Shown here: positions 61,655 through 64,000 of the stretch, piece after piece | How positions within the stretch are numbered: position 1 is the stretch's first letter | How the letters are laid out: the number at the start of each line of letters is the position of its first letter | NCBI GenBank assembly: GCA_013239625.1 | Contig: MU053881.1 | Coordinates: forward strand, 7,773,957-7,837,956 | Source: Lama guanicoe | Taxonomy: Eukaryota | DNA length: 64,000 bases | Direction: 5' to 3' | Notes under the pieces: model-generated | What the model was told of the DNA's origin: nothing | The model's input: only the letters and a program-made list of their open reading frames with translations | Database searches by the model: none | Program-made: the position numbers and the translations under genes

Positions 61655-63920
61655 CACATTAGCATATAGTTGGATCATGCTTTTAAAAAAAAAATCCATC
61701 AATCTCTGTCTTTCAACTGATATATTGAGACCATTTACATTTAGTGTAATTATTGATATGTTGAAGTCTGCTATATTACATTCTGTTATCTGCCTGTTCT
61801 CTTTTTTGTTTCTCTGTTTTCTCCCCCACCTCAAGTCTTCTTGTGGGTCACATGATAATTTTTAAAGAATTCCATTTTTATTTCTTTATAGTATTTTGAA
61901 TATCTCCTTTTGTATGCCATTTTTAGTGGTTTCTCTAGGTATCATGTTATACATACCTAACCTATCACATTCTTATCACTGGTTTTAACAATTTACCAGT
62001 TCAAGTGAAGTGTAGAAAGCTCACATCTATTTATGTCCCTTCACCCTCCACAATTTATATGTCTTAAATATTTCCTCTCCATACATTGAGAACCACACCA
62101 GGAAGTGTTCTAATTTTTGCTTCAACCACAACCATAATTTAGAAACTTTAAGAGAAGAAGGAAATAAATTTACTCATATTTTTACCCTCCCCACTATTCT
62201 TTCTCTTTTCTGATGTTCATTTCTTTTCTATTTAGAGAATTTCTTTTAGCCATTTTTTATGATAGATCTACTAGCAACAAATTGTCTTAGTTGTCTCTCA
62301 TCTGAGAATGTCTTGATTTTCCCTCCATTCTGAAAGATTGTTTGCTGTGTAGATTTTGGGTCAATGGTTCTTTTTTTTTCCCAGCCCTCGAAAAATTTTT
62401 TCCCTTTCCTTTCGGACTTTATGGTTTTTGACAAGAAATGTGCTATCATTGAAATTGCTTTTCCTTATAGGTAAGATAATGTTTCTCACTCACTGCTTTC
62501 AAGGTTTTTTGTTTTGTTTTTAGTTTTTAGAAATTTCACTATGATGTATGAATTTCTTTGGGTTTATCCTGTTTGAGTCAGTTCACCTTCTTGAATCTGT
62601 GCGTTTATGTCTTTTTCCAAATTTGGGATATTTTCAGCTGTTATTTCCTCAAGTACAGCCCTGTTACCTTTCTTTACTTCTTCCAGGTCTCCCAGTGACA
62701 CAAATGTTAGATCCCTGTGGCAGTGTCCGTTTCTTTCCAGTCTGTTTTCTCTCTGTTGTTTAGATTAGGTCATTTCTACTGGCCTGTCTTCAAGCTTACT
62801 TGTTCTTTCCTCTGTTCGTTCCATTCTGCTGTGGAGCCCACCCATTGAGTTTTTTATTTTGATTATTGTATTTTTCAGTCCTGAAATTTCCATTTGGTTC
62901 TTCTTTCATCTTCAGTCCCTTTGCTGAGACTGTTGGGTTTTCATTTGTACCAAGCCTATTCTTTATTGCTCGTGGGGGCATTTTCATGATGGCTGCTTTA
63001 AAAATCCACCCCAGTGTTGACACCTTTTGATTGTCCCTTCAAATTTAAGTTGTGGCTTTCCTTGTTCATGGTACAATGAGTGATGGCTCTATTGAAACTG
63101 AACATTTTGGGTGTTATGCAATGGAACGCGGGATCTCATTTAAGTCTTCTGTTTTAGCAGGCTCCTGACACTGCCCTGACAGTGGGAGGAGGTGGTAATG
63201 CCTTATTACTGCCAGAGTGGGTAGAAGTCCTGATTCCCCCTTGATGCTTGGGGGAGAGGACACCTTGTTATGGCTGGATCCTTGATATTTGGGGGCTGGA
63301 TGGAAGTGGGGTTCAGCTCCCTACTGTTGATACCACATGGCTGTGAGGGCAAAGTGCCTTTTTACTGCTTTCCACATGGCTTCCCCAACACCACAGTGTG
63401 GGTAAAGGTGACCTCCTCATCTACGGGCAGTGGTTAAAGCACTAACCTTCCCTGGGACTTCTCTGCCACCACCACAGTGGTTAGATTGTTGGGAAGAGCC
63501 AGCTTGTCGCCTATCACCAGGCGAGTCTGGAAGACCAGGCTCCCCGTGTGGTCTCCACTGACACCACGGGGAGGGATTTCATTGGCATGCAGCAGCAGGA
63601 GCTTGGCCTCCTCTGTTACTCCCTCAGCAAGGGGCTGGGACGCCTTGTCAGGCTGATGAGGGTGGGAGTCTCTGTTCCCCACTCGGCCGGTGCTGGTGGA
63701 GATGAGGCTGCGGAGTTTTCTGTGATGTGTTGCTGGAGTGGAGCAGTTACTGTCCACAAGCTTCCTGCTTGAGAGGCGGCCTCTTTTCCACTCCTTTGAC
63801 TAGGAGAGGTGGCTTTTCCGGTCTGTGCCCCCGATAGACTGGGGCTGCCGGCTTCACCAGCAGCAGGTCTGGGGTAGGTGAGGCAAATAGAAAACCCAAG
63901 GAGCTCACCACCGTGTCATT
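61655..63920 (-). mobile_element. Old L1 (L1M-type) piece: 5'UTR, decayed ORF1, spacer and ORF2 endonuclease N-terminus
   Basis: Minus-strand ORF 62246-62449 (IFQNGGKIKTFSDERQLRQFVASR) resembles the L1 ORF1p C-terminal domain. ORF 61619-61834 (ISIITLNVNGLN...RQRL) resembles the ORF2p endonuclease start. A GC-richer 5'UTR-like region lies at 63100-63920. Confidence 0.88.
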
Positions 63921-64000
63921 AGGATATTTGTTTCACATCATTTCCAGGGCTTTACGTTGAACTCAGTGGGGGAAGTAAGGAAAAACATCTACTCCACCTT

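Larger units (their letters stand above)
30527..64000 (+). other. SLIT3: SLIT3 intron downstream of the exon (continues beyond the window)
   Basis: The expected next exon (DLSENQIQ..., from recall) was not seen in the window. Confidence 0.8.

Noticed and set aside
223..63772. The 60-190 aa ORFs of the six-frame track as genes
   Set aside because: Apart from the decayed L1 ORF1/ORF2 pieces, none resembles a known protein. Many overlap MIR, L2 or MLT1, and their lengths fit chance ORFs in intronic DNA.
1..64000. SLIT-intronic microRNA miR-218
   Set aside because: I did not see the mature sequence TTGTGCTTGATCTAACCATGT; as I recall, miR-218-2 lies in a much more 3' intron of SLIT3.

Overview
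This is eukaryotic DNA from a placental mammal, almost entirely intronic; I found no prokaryotic genes, CRISPR arrays or operons. The only coding segment I can support is one 72-nt internal exon at 30455-30526 (+), missed by the ORF track. It reads [23 protein letters not shown](L), one 24-aa leucine-rich repeat of the axon-guidance ligand SLIT3 (probably exon 4, between two very long introns). The rest is dense in ancient eutherian repeats: MIR, L2, MLT1 LTRs, hAT MITEs (MER3, MER5, MER58A, MER102, MER103, ORSL), a Tigger-like piece, and old L1 fragments including a 2.3-kb 5'UTR/ORF1/ORF2-start piece at the right end. I saw no young lineage-specific SINE. The most unusual segment is a promoter/LTR-like module at about 7673-8330 with three 21-bp GC-box repeats, an inverted CCAAT box and a 24-bp palindrome. 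Other leads are CpG-rich patches inside old repeats, an 80-nt GT-AG mini-intron in a CpG-rich patch, and several motif-dense candidate enhancers. I cannot support a new multi-gene system here. Repeat family names and reference protein sequences are recalled from memory, and most repeat boundaries are approximate (about +/-30 bp).
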